Under the pieces are notes generated by a model, which was given only the letters and a program-made list of their open reading frames with translations, was not told the origin of the DNA and made no database searches. A DNA stretch of 64,000 nucleotides from Candidatus Buchananbacteria bacterium CG10_big_fil_rev_8_21_14_0_10_33_19 (GTDB taxonomy: Bacteria > Patescibacteriota > Patescibacteriia > 2-01-FULL-39-33): the NCBI GenBank assembly GCA_002773855.1, contig PEZY01000012.1, positions 68,255-132,254 on the forward strand, given 5' to 3'. Below, piece by piece: positions 10,434 to 19,379 of this stretch. The position numbers and the translations under genes were made by a program. The stretch's first letter is position 1; every line of letters begins with the position of its first letter.

Positions 10434-11098
10434 TTATTGTCATTGCGAGCAGATCCTTCGTTTCACTCAAGATAAACTCCACAATACTATATTTATATCA
10501 CTAAATCACATTGGTACTTTTTTAGAAAAAGTACCACAAAAATCGCGACAGTAAAAAATTTATAGTCGAAGCTAAAACTTCGTCCCGCTAATTTTCAAAA
10601 CTCGAAACTTTTTTATTTGTATTGGTGAACAAGTTTCTCAAACATTGAAAATTTTGGGCGTAGACGACGCCCAATCACTAGGACTCCCGTTTCATCTTCT
10701 CCTTAAATTTTTAAATTGTCGCAGATTTATGAAGATATTTATTTATAAAATATATAAATAAATTCTATCATATGAAAAATTAAGTAGAAAAACTATAATA
10801 AATTAAGCGATTGTGAGTTGTCTGAGAACAAATTTTCCGCATGCCTGTCTGCCGGTAGGCAGGTTTGAACCATTTTCGATATATCCAGATAAATGAAAAT
10901 GGTGAGTTCGGAAAATAGCGTAGAGTTATTATAGTTTTTCCTTAATTTTATCGTCGCTCGTAGTTTTTGGGTTACTTTTTGCTATCAAAAAGTGACGGGA
11001 AGAAAAAAAATGACGTTTGCGAGTTTTGCGGTACTTTTGCGGTCAAAAATGCCATAGAAATATTGCTAAAGAAAATGAGATTCTCATGATGACAATAA
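10434..11098. mobile_element. Non-coding composite palindromic element (MITE/REPIN-like), locus 1
   Basis: Imperfect 16-bp terminal inverted repeats TTATTGTCATTGCGAG (10434-10449) / CTCATGATGACAATAA (11083-11098). Contains the structured repeat shared with 56768-57008 and three GTTAC/GGTAC-TTTT hairpins; no ORF. Confidence 0.55.
10501..10742 (-). repeat. Structured dispersed repeat unit A, copy 1
   Basis: About 88% identical by hand count to 56768-57008, with compensatory substitutions in three stems. Strand inferred from shared polarity with the plus-strand units. Confidence 0.85.
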
Positions 11099-11263
11099 AT
11101 TAAAAAACCTCTAAATTAACCCAAATTCGAACACTTCAACCCTAGTCTGAAGTGTTCAGTAAAAACCATAAAATTAAGCCAATTATCAGTTTTAGCTAAA
11201 AAACTTGATATATTCCCAGTTTTCCATTAGAATTAACCCATATCTTATAATTTTCCTAAAAAT

Positions 11264-11659
11264 ATGGAATCTATTCAAAAAGTGATCAATTTGATCAAAA
11301 AAACTGGGGATAAAGTCGTAATTTTAGACAAATCTGGTGATTTGGACTGCGTGATTATGAATATTAGTGATTATGAGAAATTAGTCTTCGGCAAGACCGA
11401 GGTTAAGGGCTTGACAGAAGACGAATTATTAGATAAAATAAATCGTGATATTGAAATCTGGAAAGACTCTCAGGAAAATGGACATTTGCCAATTGATCAA
11501 CATGATTTTTCGCAAGAATTAGACAAAAATAGTGAACCATTAATTGATTATAATTTTAATGAAATGCCGCCGGTGGCTAGTAATCAAGATTTTTCTCTAA
11601 ATTTAGATAATTCTGAAGAAGAAGACGAGGATCGCTATTACTTTGAACCAGTGGAATAA
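11264..11659 (+). CDS. Hypothetical protein with a Phd/YefM-like N-terminus and an acidic C-terminal tail
   Basis: KKTGDKVVILDKSGDLDCVIMNISDYEKL; ends SEEEDEDRYYFEPVE. Confidence 0.75.
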   Translation: MESIQKVINLIKKTGDKVVILDKSGDLDCVIMNISDYEKLVFGKTEVKGLTEDELLDKINRDIEIWKDSQENGHLPIDQHDFSQELDKNSEPLIDYNFNEMPPVASNQDFSLNLDNSEEEDEDRYYFEPVE

Positions 11660-11781
11660 CTGTAGATAATTAGACCCCTTGCAAAATTTATAGTTTTTGT
11701 TATAATAAGTAAACATTTTTGCTAAAAAGCAAAAAGTTTCGTTTTTAAACGATTTTTTAAATTTAAATAAATAAATAAGTG

Positions 11782-11985
11782 TTCGAGGCCTGGGTAAAAC
11801 TCCCAGTAACGGAACCATTGTTGAATGGTTTTTGATCATAGGTTTCCACAATTTTGAGGAAAATTTTATAAAAATTTTCGAAGCTTAATAAATTAAGTAG
11901 AGATAATTTAAGAAAATTTAACCAAAATTTGGAAGCTTTGGCAAAAGAATTATTCAACTATGGTTTCGATGGTGAGGGTCTCGAG
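11782..11985 (+). ncRNA. ~204-nt rod-shaped structured RNA / 5' leader of tuf (6S-like architecture, identity uncertain)
   Basis: TTCGAGGCCT/GGGTCTCGAG closing stem, asymmetric bubble and long apical stem. Promoter TTGCAA(11679)..TG-TATAAT(11701) lies upstream and SD AAGGA directly follows. Confidence 0.45.
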
Positions 11986-12000
11986 AAGGAATAAACTACA

Positions 12001-13188
12001 ATGGCAGAAAATTTCGACAGAAGTAAGCCTCACGTAAATGTGGGCACAATCGGTCACGTTGACCATGGTAAGACTACTCTTACTGCGGCTATTTTGCAGG
12101 TGCTTAGCGCAAAAGGTTTAATTGCTCAAAACAAAACAGTTGACCAAATTGACGCTGCGCCAGAAGAAAGAGAAAGAGGTATTACTATTGCAACTGCTCA
12201 CGTTGAGTACCAAACAGAGAATAGACACTATGCTCATGTTGACTGTCCTGGTCACGCTGACTATATTAAGAACATGATCACTGGTGCTGCGCAAATGGAT
12301 GGTGCTATCTTGGTAGTTTCTGCTACAGACGGCCCAATGCCTCAGACCAAAGAACACATCTTGCTTTCAAATCAAGTTGGTGTTGGTCACATTGTGGTTT
12401 TCATTAACAAAGTAGATCAAGTTGATGATCCAGGATTAGTAGACCTAGTTGAAGAAGAAATCAGAGATCTATTAAAAAAATATGATTTTGATGGTGATAA
12501 CGTTCCTGTTATTAGAGGTTCAGCTTTGAAAGCTTTACAAAACCCAAGTGGTCCAGATGGCGAACCAATTATGAAATTAATGGAAGCTTTGGACACTTAT
12601 ATTCCACAACCAGAAAGAGCAGTTGATAAACCATTCTTGATGCCTATCGAAGATATTTTCTCTATCGAAGGTCGTGGTACTGTAGTAACTGGTAGAATTG
12701 AAAGAGGTATTGTTAAATTAAATGAAGAAGTTGAAATCGTTGGTCTAGCACCGACTCAAAAAACAGTTATTACTGGTATTGAAATGTTTAACAAGAATTT
12801 AGATGAAGGTAGAGCTGGTGATAATGCTGGTATTTTGTTAAGAGGTGTTAAGAAAGATGATGTTGAAAGAGGTCAAGTTTTAGCTAAGACTGGTTCTATT
12901 ACTCCTCATTCTGAGTTCGAAGCCGAAGTATATGTTTTGAGCAAAGATGAAGGTGGAAGACACAAGCCATTTTTCAAGGGTTATAAACCACAGTTCTACA
13001 TCAGAACTACTGATGTAACTGGTGAAATTGAATTACCAGAAGGTACTGAAATGGTTATGCCTGGTGATACTGTAAGCTTAAAGATTAAATTAGGCAAAGA
13101 AGTGGCTATGGAAGACAAAATGAAATTCGCTATTCGTGAAGGTGGTCACACTGTTGGCGCTGGATCTGTAACCAAGATTATCAAATAA
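12001..13188 (+). CDS. tuf: Elongation factor Tu
   Basis: [28 protein letters not shown]. Confidence 0.99.
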   Translation: MAENFDRSKPHVNVGTIGHVDHGKTTLTAAILQVLSAKGLIAQNKTVDQIDAAPEERERGITIATAHVEYQTENRHYAHVDCPGHADYIKNMITGAAQMDGAILVVSATDGPMPQTKEHILLSNQVGVGHIVVFINKVDQVDDPGLVDLVEEEIRDLLKKYDFDGDNVPVIRGSALKALQNPSGPDGEPIMKLMEALDTYIPQPERAVDKPFLMPIEDIFSIEGRGTVVTGRIERGIVKLNEEVEIVGLAPTQKTVITGIEMFNKNLDEGRAGDNAGILLRGVKKDDVERGQVLAKTGSITPHSEFEAEVYVLSKDEGGRHKPFFKGYKPQFYIRTTDVTGEIELPEGTEMVMPGDTVSLKIKLGKEVAMEDKMKFAIREGGHTVGAGSVTKIIK

Positions 13189-13202
13189 AACTATTTAGGT
13201 CA

Positions 13203-13245
13203 GGGGTTGAGGGCAGGCTCGCAAGAGCTTGCCACTCAGCATCCC
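13203..13245 (+). promoter_or_regulatory. GC-rich GNRA-capped hairpin between tuf and rpsJ
   Basis: GGGGTTGAGGGCAGGCTC-GCAA-GAGCTTGCCACTCAGCATCCC; no U-tract follows. Confidence 0.55.
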
Positions 13246-13270
13246 GAAAATAGATTGAAATATAAAAAAC

Positions 13271-13615
13271 ATGGCAAGTACAAATAACGCAACCAAAGAA
13301 AACGATAAGACTCATCAAAGAATCAGGATCAAGATTAAAGCCTATGATCATAAGGTTATTGATAATTCTGCAAAGAAAATTATTGAGACTTGTGATAGAA
13401 ATGGCATTAAGGTTGCTGGCCCAGTACCACTGCCGACCGAAAAAAAGAAGTATACAGTTAATCGATCGACTTTCGTACATAAGGACAGCCGTGAACAATT
13501 CGAAATGAGAATCCATAAAAGATTATTGGATATCATCGATCCAGATGCTAAAACAGTAGATGCCTTGATGAACTTAAACCTTCCTGCGGGCGTGAACATT
13601 GAGATTAAAATGTAA
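13271..13615 (+). CDS. rpsJ: 30S ribosomal protein S10
   Basis: [26 protein letters not shown]. Confidence 0.98.
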   Translation: MASTNNATKENDKTHQRIRIKIKAYDHKVIDNSAKKIIETCDRNGIKVAGPVPLPTEKKKYTVNRSTFVHKDSREQFEMRIHKRLLDIIDPDAKTVDALMNLNLPAGVNIEIKM

Positions 13616-13620
13616 AAACG

Positions 13621-13900
13621 GTTTGTAGCTAGTAACTCGTAACTTGTAATTTTTAAGGGAAAGATTATAGCTTACGGTTTACTGGTTGCAAATTATAAAA
13701 ACTGACAGTCATTTTCATAAATGGAAAAAGATCCCGAGTATATTTAGATAGTAGCTTCTAGGGGAAAACCTCCATCGGTGTAATTTTGATTGACAAGGAA
13801 AATAATAATATCTTAGTAAAAATTAGATTAATTAGGCAGGCTTATCATAAGCCCTTGCTATTTTGTAATCTGGTGTGTTAAGATATTGCCAGGTTTTTTT
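13621..13900 (+). promoter_or_regulatory. Structured rpsJ-rplC intergenic region (candidate r-protein leader)
   Basis: Heptamer-type hairpin at 13621-13692, then a two-domain multistem at 13697-13900. Confidence 0.5.
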
Positions 13901-13924
13901 ATTTAAAAGAAAAAAATTAAAGTA

Positions 13925-14722
13925 ATGAAATTCATATTAGGTAAAAAATTAGAAATGACTCAAATCTTCCAAGAAAATGGAAGAGTTGTTCCTGTAACTG
14001 CAGTTTTGGCTGAGCCTAATATTGTTACCCAGATAAAAACTGAAGCTAAAGATAAGTATAGTGCTGTTCAAGTTGGATTTGGTTTCAATAAGAATCTTAA
14101 AAAACCACAAGTTGGTCACCTAAAAGGTTTAACTTCTGTTAGGACTTTGAAAGAATTTAGAGTAAATTCTAGTGAAGTGGAAAAAGTTAAAACTGGTGAT
14201 CAAATTACTGTTGCTGTTTTTGCGGCTAATGATGAAGTTAGAGTAACCGGTACTTCTAAAGGCCGTGGTTACCAGGGTGTGGTTAAAAGACATGGTTTTC
14301 ATGGTAGTCCAGCTTCTCATGGTCATAAAGATCAATTGAGAAAAGGTGGTTCTATTGGTGCTACTGATCCAGCAAGAGTATTTAAAGGTAAGAAAATGGC
14401 TGGTCGTATGGGTAATGATCAAATTAGTATTTCTGGTTTGAGTATAGTTGATATTGATAAAGAAAAAAATATTTTATATATTAAGGGCGCTGTGCCGGGA
14501 GCTAGAAATAGCTTATTGGTTATTAGTGGTCCTGGTGAAATGGATTTAACTGTAGCTAAACCAGAAATAAAAACAGAAGTTGTTGCAGAAAAAGTAGAAA
14601 GCACAGCTGTTGAGTCAGAAATTGTGGACACTAAAGTTGAAGAGACACCTGCTGTAGAAACTACAGAAGCTAAACCAGAAGTAGCTGAAGTTGTAGAAAC
14701 TAAAACTGAAGAAAATAAATAA
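13925..14722 (+). CDS. rplC: 50S ribosomal protein L3 (acidic C-terminal extension)
   Basis: GKKLEMTQIF, SKGRGYQGVVKRHGF, KGAVPGA. Confidence 0.98.
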   Translation: MKFILGKKLEMTQIFQENGRVVPVTAVLAEPNIVTQIKTEAKDKYSAVQVGFGFNKNLKKPQVGHLKGLTSVRTLKEFRVNSSEVEKVKTGDQITVAVFAANDEVRVTGTSKGRGYQGVVKRHGFHGSPASHGHKDQLRKGGSIGATDPARVFKGKKMAGRMGNDQISISGLSIVDIDKEKNILYIKGAVPGARNSLLVISGPGEMDLTVAKPEIKTEVVAEKVESTAVESEIVDTKVEETPAVETTEAKPEVAEVVETKTEENK

Positions 14723-14723
14723 T

Positions 14724-15431
14724 ATGAAGATATCAGTTTACAATTCAAGTGTTGAAAAGTCTAAAGACATTGAAATCAGTCAACGAATTTTTGGGGTTAA
14801 ACCAAAGACCGAGGTGATTCATCAAGTAGTTATCGCTCAACAAGCTAATGCTAGACAAGTTTTAGCTGATACCAAGGATAAAAGTGAAGTTCGTGGTGGT
14901 GGTAAAAAGCCATGGCGACAAAAAGGTACTGGTCGGGCTAGACACGGATCTATTCGTTCTCCATTGTGGAGAGGTGGTGGTGTCACTTTTGGTCCAACTA
15001 AGAATCGAAACTTTAGCAAAGGTATTAATAAAAAGCAGAGACAATTAGCCATGGCGATGTGCTTATCTAATAAGGTTTCTGAAAATTCATTCTTGGTTTT
15101 TGAAAACATTGAATTAGCTAGTGGTAAGACTAAAGATTTGAAGGATTGGATTGCTACTATTAAATCAAAAGTTGCTGATGTTAAAGATAATAAAAAGTTT
15201 TTATTAGTACTTGATAAAAGTGATGATAAGATAAATAGAGCGGTTAATAATTTAGATAAAGTTGATGTTATTTTGGCGGATAGTTTAAATTGTGTTGACA
15301 TTCTAAACCACGATACTATGCTAGCTTCTGAGAAAGCAGTTATCAAAATCGACCAACATTATAAACAGGTTAGTATAAAAAGAAGTCAGGCTACTGTAGC
15401 AAAAGAAAAAGCAGTTAAAGCTAAAAAATAA
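14724..15431 (+). CDS. rplD: 50S ribosomal protein L4
   Basis: GGGKKPWRQKGTGRARHGSIRSP. Confidence 0.98.
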   Translation: MKISVYNSSVEKSKDIEISQRIFGVKPKTEVIHQVVIAQQANARQVLADTKDKSEVRGGGKKPWRQKGTGRARHGSIRSPLWRGGGVTFGPTKNRNFSKGINKKQRQLAMAMCLSNKVSENSFLVFENIELASGKTKDLKDWIATIKSKVADVKDNKKFLLVLDKSDDKINRAVNNLDKVDVILADSLNCVDILNHDTMLASEKAVIKIDQHYKQVSIKRSQATVAKEKAVKAKK

Positions 15432-15454
15432 AATACATATTTAGATAGAAAGTT

Positions 15455-15895
15455 ATGAGCATTTTCGATAAATTTACAAAGAAAACTGATGATCAGTCTG
15501 CAATCGCAGAGGAAGTGGTTTCTAAGCCAGAAACTGCTAAGGTTGATATTGCTAAAAAAGATGCTGATAATAAGAAAGAAGTTAAAAATGATGTTACAGT
15601 TAAAATTGTTAAAAAGACTTATGGTATTTTAGTTAAGCCACTTATTACCGAAAAGGCAGCTAATTTGGCTCAACTTAATCAATATGTATTTGCAGTAGCT
15701 AATAAGGCTAACAAAATTCAGATTTCTCAGGCTATTGAAGCTAGATATGGTATTAAACCAGTTAGCGTTAATGTATTAAATAATTCAGGTAAAACTGTAA
15801 GGCGTGGTCGAGATACTGGTCGAACTAAAGATTGGCGCAAGGCTATCGTTACTTTACCTGCTGGTAAAACTATTCAGATTCACGAAGGAGTATAA
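15455..15895 (+). CDS. rplW: 50S ribosomal protein L23 (N-terminal extension)
   Basis: KPLITEKA, ANKIQI, WRKAIVTL. Confidence 0.96.
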   Translation: MSIFDKFTKKTDDQSAIAEEVVSKPETAKVDIAKKDADNKKEVKNDVTVKIVKKTYGILVKPLITEKAANLAQLNQYVFAVANKANKIQISQAIEARYGIKPVSVNVLNNSGKTVRRGRDTGRTKDWRKAIVTLPAGKTIQIHEGV

Positions 15896-15906
15896 ATTAA
15901 AAAAAT

Positions 15907-16758
15907 ATGGCAATAAAAGTCTACAAACCAACTACCCCAGCTAGACGTCACACTTCTGTATTAATGAGTGACGACGTTACCACCAGCAAACCTCATAAGA
16001 GGTTGATTGTTTCTGGTAAAAATATGGCTGGTCGTAATAACCAAGGCAAGATTACTGTTAGACATCAAGGTGGTGGTAGCAGAAAGAAAGTTAGAGTTAT
16101 TGATTATAAAAGAGACAAGTTTGATATTCCAGCAACTGTAGCTACTATTGAATATGATCCAAATCGAAATTCTAGAATTGCTTTACTTAATTATGCTGAT
16201 GGTGAAAAAAGATATATTATTGCTCCAGTTGATTTAAAAGTTGGTGATAAAATACTTAGCTCTCAGAAGTTGATTGAATTAAAAGTTGGTAATACTATGC
16301 CTCTTGAGGTTGTGCCTCCTGGTATGTTTGTATATAATGTGGAGATGACCCCAGGCAAAGGCGGCCAATTAGCTAGAAGTGCTGGTAATAATATTTCTTT
16401 GATGGGTATTGATAGCGGCAACGCTCAGCTTAAAATGCCTTCTGGTGAAGTAAGACTGGTATCAGAAAAATGTTTGGCCACCATTGGTTCGGTCAGCAAT
16501 CCAGATTTTAAAAATATTAGATGGGGCAAGGCTGGTAGATTAAGAAGAAAAGGTGTTAGACCCACTGTTCGTGGTAAAGCCATGAATCCAGTAGATCATC
16601 CTCATGGTGGTGGTGAAGGTAGTAACCCAATTGGTTTGAAAAATCCAAAGACTCCATGGGGTAAGCCAGCATTAGGTGTTAAAACCAGAAAACATGGAAA
16701 GAAATCAGACGATTTGATTATTTCCAGAAGAAATACTAAAAAGAGAAAGAAAAAATAA
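15907..16758 (+). CDS. rplB: 50S ribosomal protein L2
   Basis: IEYDPNR, MNPVDHPHGGGEG. Confidence 0.99.
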   Translation: MAIKVYKPTTPARRHTSVLMSDDVTTSKPHKRLIVSGKNMAGRNNQGKITVRHQGGGSRKKVRVIDYKRDKFDIPATVATIEYDPNRNSRIALLNYADGEKRYIIAPVDLKVGDKILSSQKLIELKVGNTMPLEVVPPGMFVYNVEMTPGKGGQLARSAGNNISLMGIDSGNAQLKMPSGEVRLVSEKCLATIGSVSNPDFKNIRWGKAGRLRRKGVRPTVRGKAMNPVDHPHGGGEGSNPIGLKNPKTPWGKPALGVKTRKHGKKSDDLIISRRNTKKRKKK

Positions 16759-16764
16759 AAAATT

Positions 16765-17055
16765 ATGTCCAGAAGTTTAAAAAAAGGTCCTTACGTTGAT
16801 CCAAAATTATTGAAGAAAATGGCCAAAATCCAAAAAGGAGAAAAGGTTGTGATCAAGACTTGGTCTAGAAAATGTTCTATTACTCCAGAAATGGTTGGGT
16901 TTACTTTTGGTGTTCATAATGGCAAAGATCATATTCCAGTGTTAGTTGTAGAAAATATGGTTGGACATAAATTAGGTGAATTTTCACCGACTAAGAAATT
17001 TATCAAACATGGTGGTAAAATTCAGAAAACCTTAGAAGCTGGTAAAAAGAAATAA
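16765..17055 (+). CDS. rpsS: 30S ribosomal protein S19
   Basis: [18 protein letters not shown]. Confidence 0.98.
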   Translation: MSRSLKKGPYVDPKLLKKMAKIQKGEKVVIKTWSRKCSITPEMVGFTFGVHNGKDHIPVLVVENMVGHKLGEFSPTKKFIKHGGKIQKTLEAGKKK

Positions 17056-17076
17056 GTAAAAAAGAAATAAAATAAT

Positions 17077-17592
17077 ATGGAAGTTAGAGCTAAAGCAAAA
17101 TTTATAAGAATTTCTCCAAAGAAAGTTAGATTACTGGCTGATTTAGTCCGTGGTTTAGACGTGGAAGAAGCTTTGGTTCAATTACAATTTAATAAAAAAG
17201 GTGCGTCACTACCGGTAGCTAAATTAGTAAAATCTGCAGTAGCTAATGCTGAAGAAAATGAAGATTTAAAAAGAAACAATCTTTTTGTAAAAGAAATTAG
17301 CGTAGATGGTGGCCCAAGTTTAAAACGTTGGATGCCAAAAGCGATGGGTAGAGCAACACCTTTAATTAAAAGATCTTCTCATATTACTGTAGTTTTATCA
17401 GAAAAAGTACCAACTACTAAGAAAGAAAAGAAAGAAGTTTCTAAGGATGATATTATCAATATTGAAGATTTAGGCAAGATTGGTCATGATGACAAAAAAG
17501 AAGATAAGAAGTCAGATTCTGGTAGTAAAAAAAGTGGCAGCACAAGTAAAAAAGTAACTAATAAAATTTTTAATAGAAGAACTGGTAGCTAA
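17077..17592 (+). CDS. rplV: 50S ribosomal protein L22 (long C-terminal extension)
   Basis: RISPKKVR, SAVANAE, RSSHITVV. Confidence 0.97.
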   Translation: MEVRAKAKFIRISPKKVRLLADLVRGLDVEEALVQLQFNKKGASLPVAKLVKSAVANAEENEDLKRNNLFVKEISVDGGPSLKRWMPKAMGRATPLIKRSSHITVVLSEKVPTTKKEKKEVSKDDIINIEDLGKIGHDDKKEDKKSDSGSKKSGSTSKKVTNKIFNRRTGS

Positions 17593-17596
17593 TAAA

Positions 17597-17673
17597 TAAG
17601 CAAGTAGTGAGTAGTGAGTAGTGAATAAAAGTAAAATATTTTTATTAACCACTCACTACCGACTACAAACTAA
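17597..17673 (+). repeat. Heptamer-periodic intercistronic hairpin (member c)
   Basis: (AGTAGTG)x3 ... CACTCACTACCGACTACAAACTAA before rpsC. Confidence 0.7.
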
Positions 17674-17682
17674 TATATAGAT

Positions 17683-18393
17683 ATGGGACAAAAAGTTCAT
17701 CCAAAAGCATTTAGATTAAAAATCAATAAGACTTGGGATTCCAAGTGGTTTTCTGATCGAGATTTTCCAAAACTTTTGGAACATGATATAAAAATTAGAA
17801 GATTTATTGTTAAGAAATTTAAACCAGCTGGTGTTTCTAAGGTAGATATCGAAAGATCAAATAATGGCATTAGTATTAATGTTCGTTGTGCTAAGCCCGG
17901 TATTGTTATCGGTCGAGGCGGTCAAGGCGCTGAAGACTTGAAAAAGGAAATTCATAACAAATTTATGAAAGATGCTTTTTCTCGTAAGAAGGGTCTAAAG
18001 AGTATTAATATTAATATCATTGAAGTTGAAAATCCTAGTTTGGATTCCGCAGTTATCGCTCAACAGGTTATTGCTGATTTGGAAAAAAGAATTCCATTTA
18101 GACGAGCAGTTAAGCAGGCTATGAGTAGATCCGAAAAGGCTGGTGCTCAAGGTATTAAGGTTATTGTTTCTGGAAGATTAAATGGTGCAGAAATTGCTAG
18201 AAAAGAAACTTTTTCCAGCGGTAAAGTACCTCTTCACACCTTGCGGGCTGATATTGATTATAGTCGTGATGCGGCTATGACTATCTATGGAAAAATCGGC
18301 GTTAAGGTTTGGATTTATCGTGGTGAAGTGTTTAATTATGATACTAATCCAGAACCAGTTAGTAAGCCAGAAGTGGCTAAGAGATTAAAATAA
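17683..18393 (+). CDS. rpsC: 30S ribosomal protein S3
   Basis: MGQKVHP, KPGIVIGRGG, GRLNGAEIAR, VPLHTLRADID. Confidence 0.98.
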   Translation: MGQKVHPKAFRLKINKTWDSKWFSDRDFPKLLEHDIKIRRFIVKKFKPAGVSKVDIERSNNGISINVRCAKPGIVIGRGGQGAEDLKKEIHNKFMKDAFSRKKGLKSININIIEVENPSLDSAVIAQQVIADLEKRIPFRRAVKQAMSRSEKAGAQGIKVIVSGRLNGAEIARKETFSSGKVPLHTLRADIDYSRDAAMTIYGKIGVKVWIYRGEVFNYDTNPEPVSKPEVAKRLK

Positions 18394-18402
18394 AGAAAAG
18401 TT

Positions 18403-18813
18403 ATGACTTTAGCACCAAAGAAATTAAAAATGAGAAAACCACATCGTCCAGATGTTAGAGGTGTTGCCGGCCGCAATAATGCTATTGCTTTTGGTAAGTT
18501 TGGCCTTAAAGCAACAACCGGTGGTTGGGTTAGTGCTGCTCAAATTGAAGCTTCTAGAAGAGTTATTACTAAATTTCTTAAACGTGGTGGTAAGATTTGG
18601 ATTAGAATTTTTCCACATAGACCAATTACTGAAAAAGGTACTCAAGCAACTATGGGTGGTGGTAAGGGTGCACCTGGTTATTATGTAGCAGTGGTTAAGC
18701 CAGGAACTATGATTTTTGAAATCGAAGGTATTAGTGAGGCAGATGCTAGACAAGCTATGAAATTAACTAGTTATAAATTACCAGTTAAAACAACATTTAT
18801 AGTCAAGGATTAA
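18403..18813 (+). CDS. rplP: 50S ribosomal protein L16
   Basis: QIEASRR, IWIRIFP, MGGGKGAP. Confidence 0.98.
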   Translation: MTLAPKKLKMRKPHRPDVRGVAGRNNAIAFGKFGLKATTGGWVSAAQIEASRRVITKFLKRGGKIWIRIFPHRPITEKGTQATMGGGKGAPGYYVAVVKPGTMIFEIEGISEADARQAMKLTSYKLPVKTTFIVKD

Positions 18814-18817
18814 TAAT

Positions 18818-19012
18818 ATGGATATTAAAGAAATTAAAAATAAACCAGCTTCTGAATTACACCATTTACTTGATGAGCTTAGAAAGAAATTGGATGAATT
18901 AAACTTCAAGGTTTCTCAAAATCAAGTAAAGAATATTAGAGAAATCAGAGTAATTAAGAAAGATATCGCCAAAGTAATGACTGTTTTAGGCGAAAATAAA
19001 AAAGTAAAATAA
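18818..19012 (+). CDS. rpmC: 50S ribosomal protein L29
   Basis: Operon position; IRVIKKDIAKVMTV. Confidence 0.93.
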   Translation: MDIKEIKNKPASELHHLLDELRKKLDELNFKVSQNQVKNIREIRVIKKDIAKVMTVLGENKKVK

Positions 19013-19034
19013 TACATCACAATAACTGACTTAT

Positions 19035-19289
19035 ATGGATAATGAAAAGAAGACAATTAAAAGAAAGCTTAAGGGCGAGGTAGTTTCTAATAAAATGGAA
19101 AAGACTGTCGTGGTTAAGGTTGATCGATTTAAGCTTCATCCAACATATCAAAAAAGATATAGAGTTAGTAAAAAGTATAAAGCTCATGATCCTAAAAATC
19201 AATGTAAAGTTGGTGATACAGTAGAAATTATTGAATCAAAGCCAATCAGCAAGGATAAAAGATGGAAAGTGGTTTATCAGAATAATTAA
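19035..19289 (+). CDS. rpsQ: 30S ribosomal protein S17
   Basis: [23 protein letters not shown]. Confidence 0.97.
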   Translation: MDNEKKTIKRKLKGEVVSNKMEKTVVVKVDRFKLHPTYQKRYRVSKKYKAHDPKNQCKVGDTVEIIESKPISKDKRWKVVYQNN

Positions 19290-19295
19290 ATAATC

Positions 19296-19369
19296 TAAGT
19301 TTGGTAGTAAGTAGGGTACAGAATATTTCTAAGGTTGAATTAAGCTGTAATCTGCCTACTACAAACTAA
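19296..19369 (+). repeat. Heptamer-periodic intercistronic hairpin (member d)
   Basis: AGTTTGGTAGTAAGTAGG ... CTGCCTACTACAAACTAA before rplN. Confidence 0.6.
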
Positions 19370-19379
19370 TATAAAATAT

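Noticed and set aside
11782-11985. SRP RNA, RNase P RNA or tmRNA identity for the tuf-leader rod
   Set aside because: No SRP helix-8 motif, RNase P P4 consensus or tRNA-like ends could be found.
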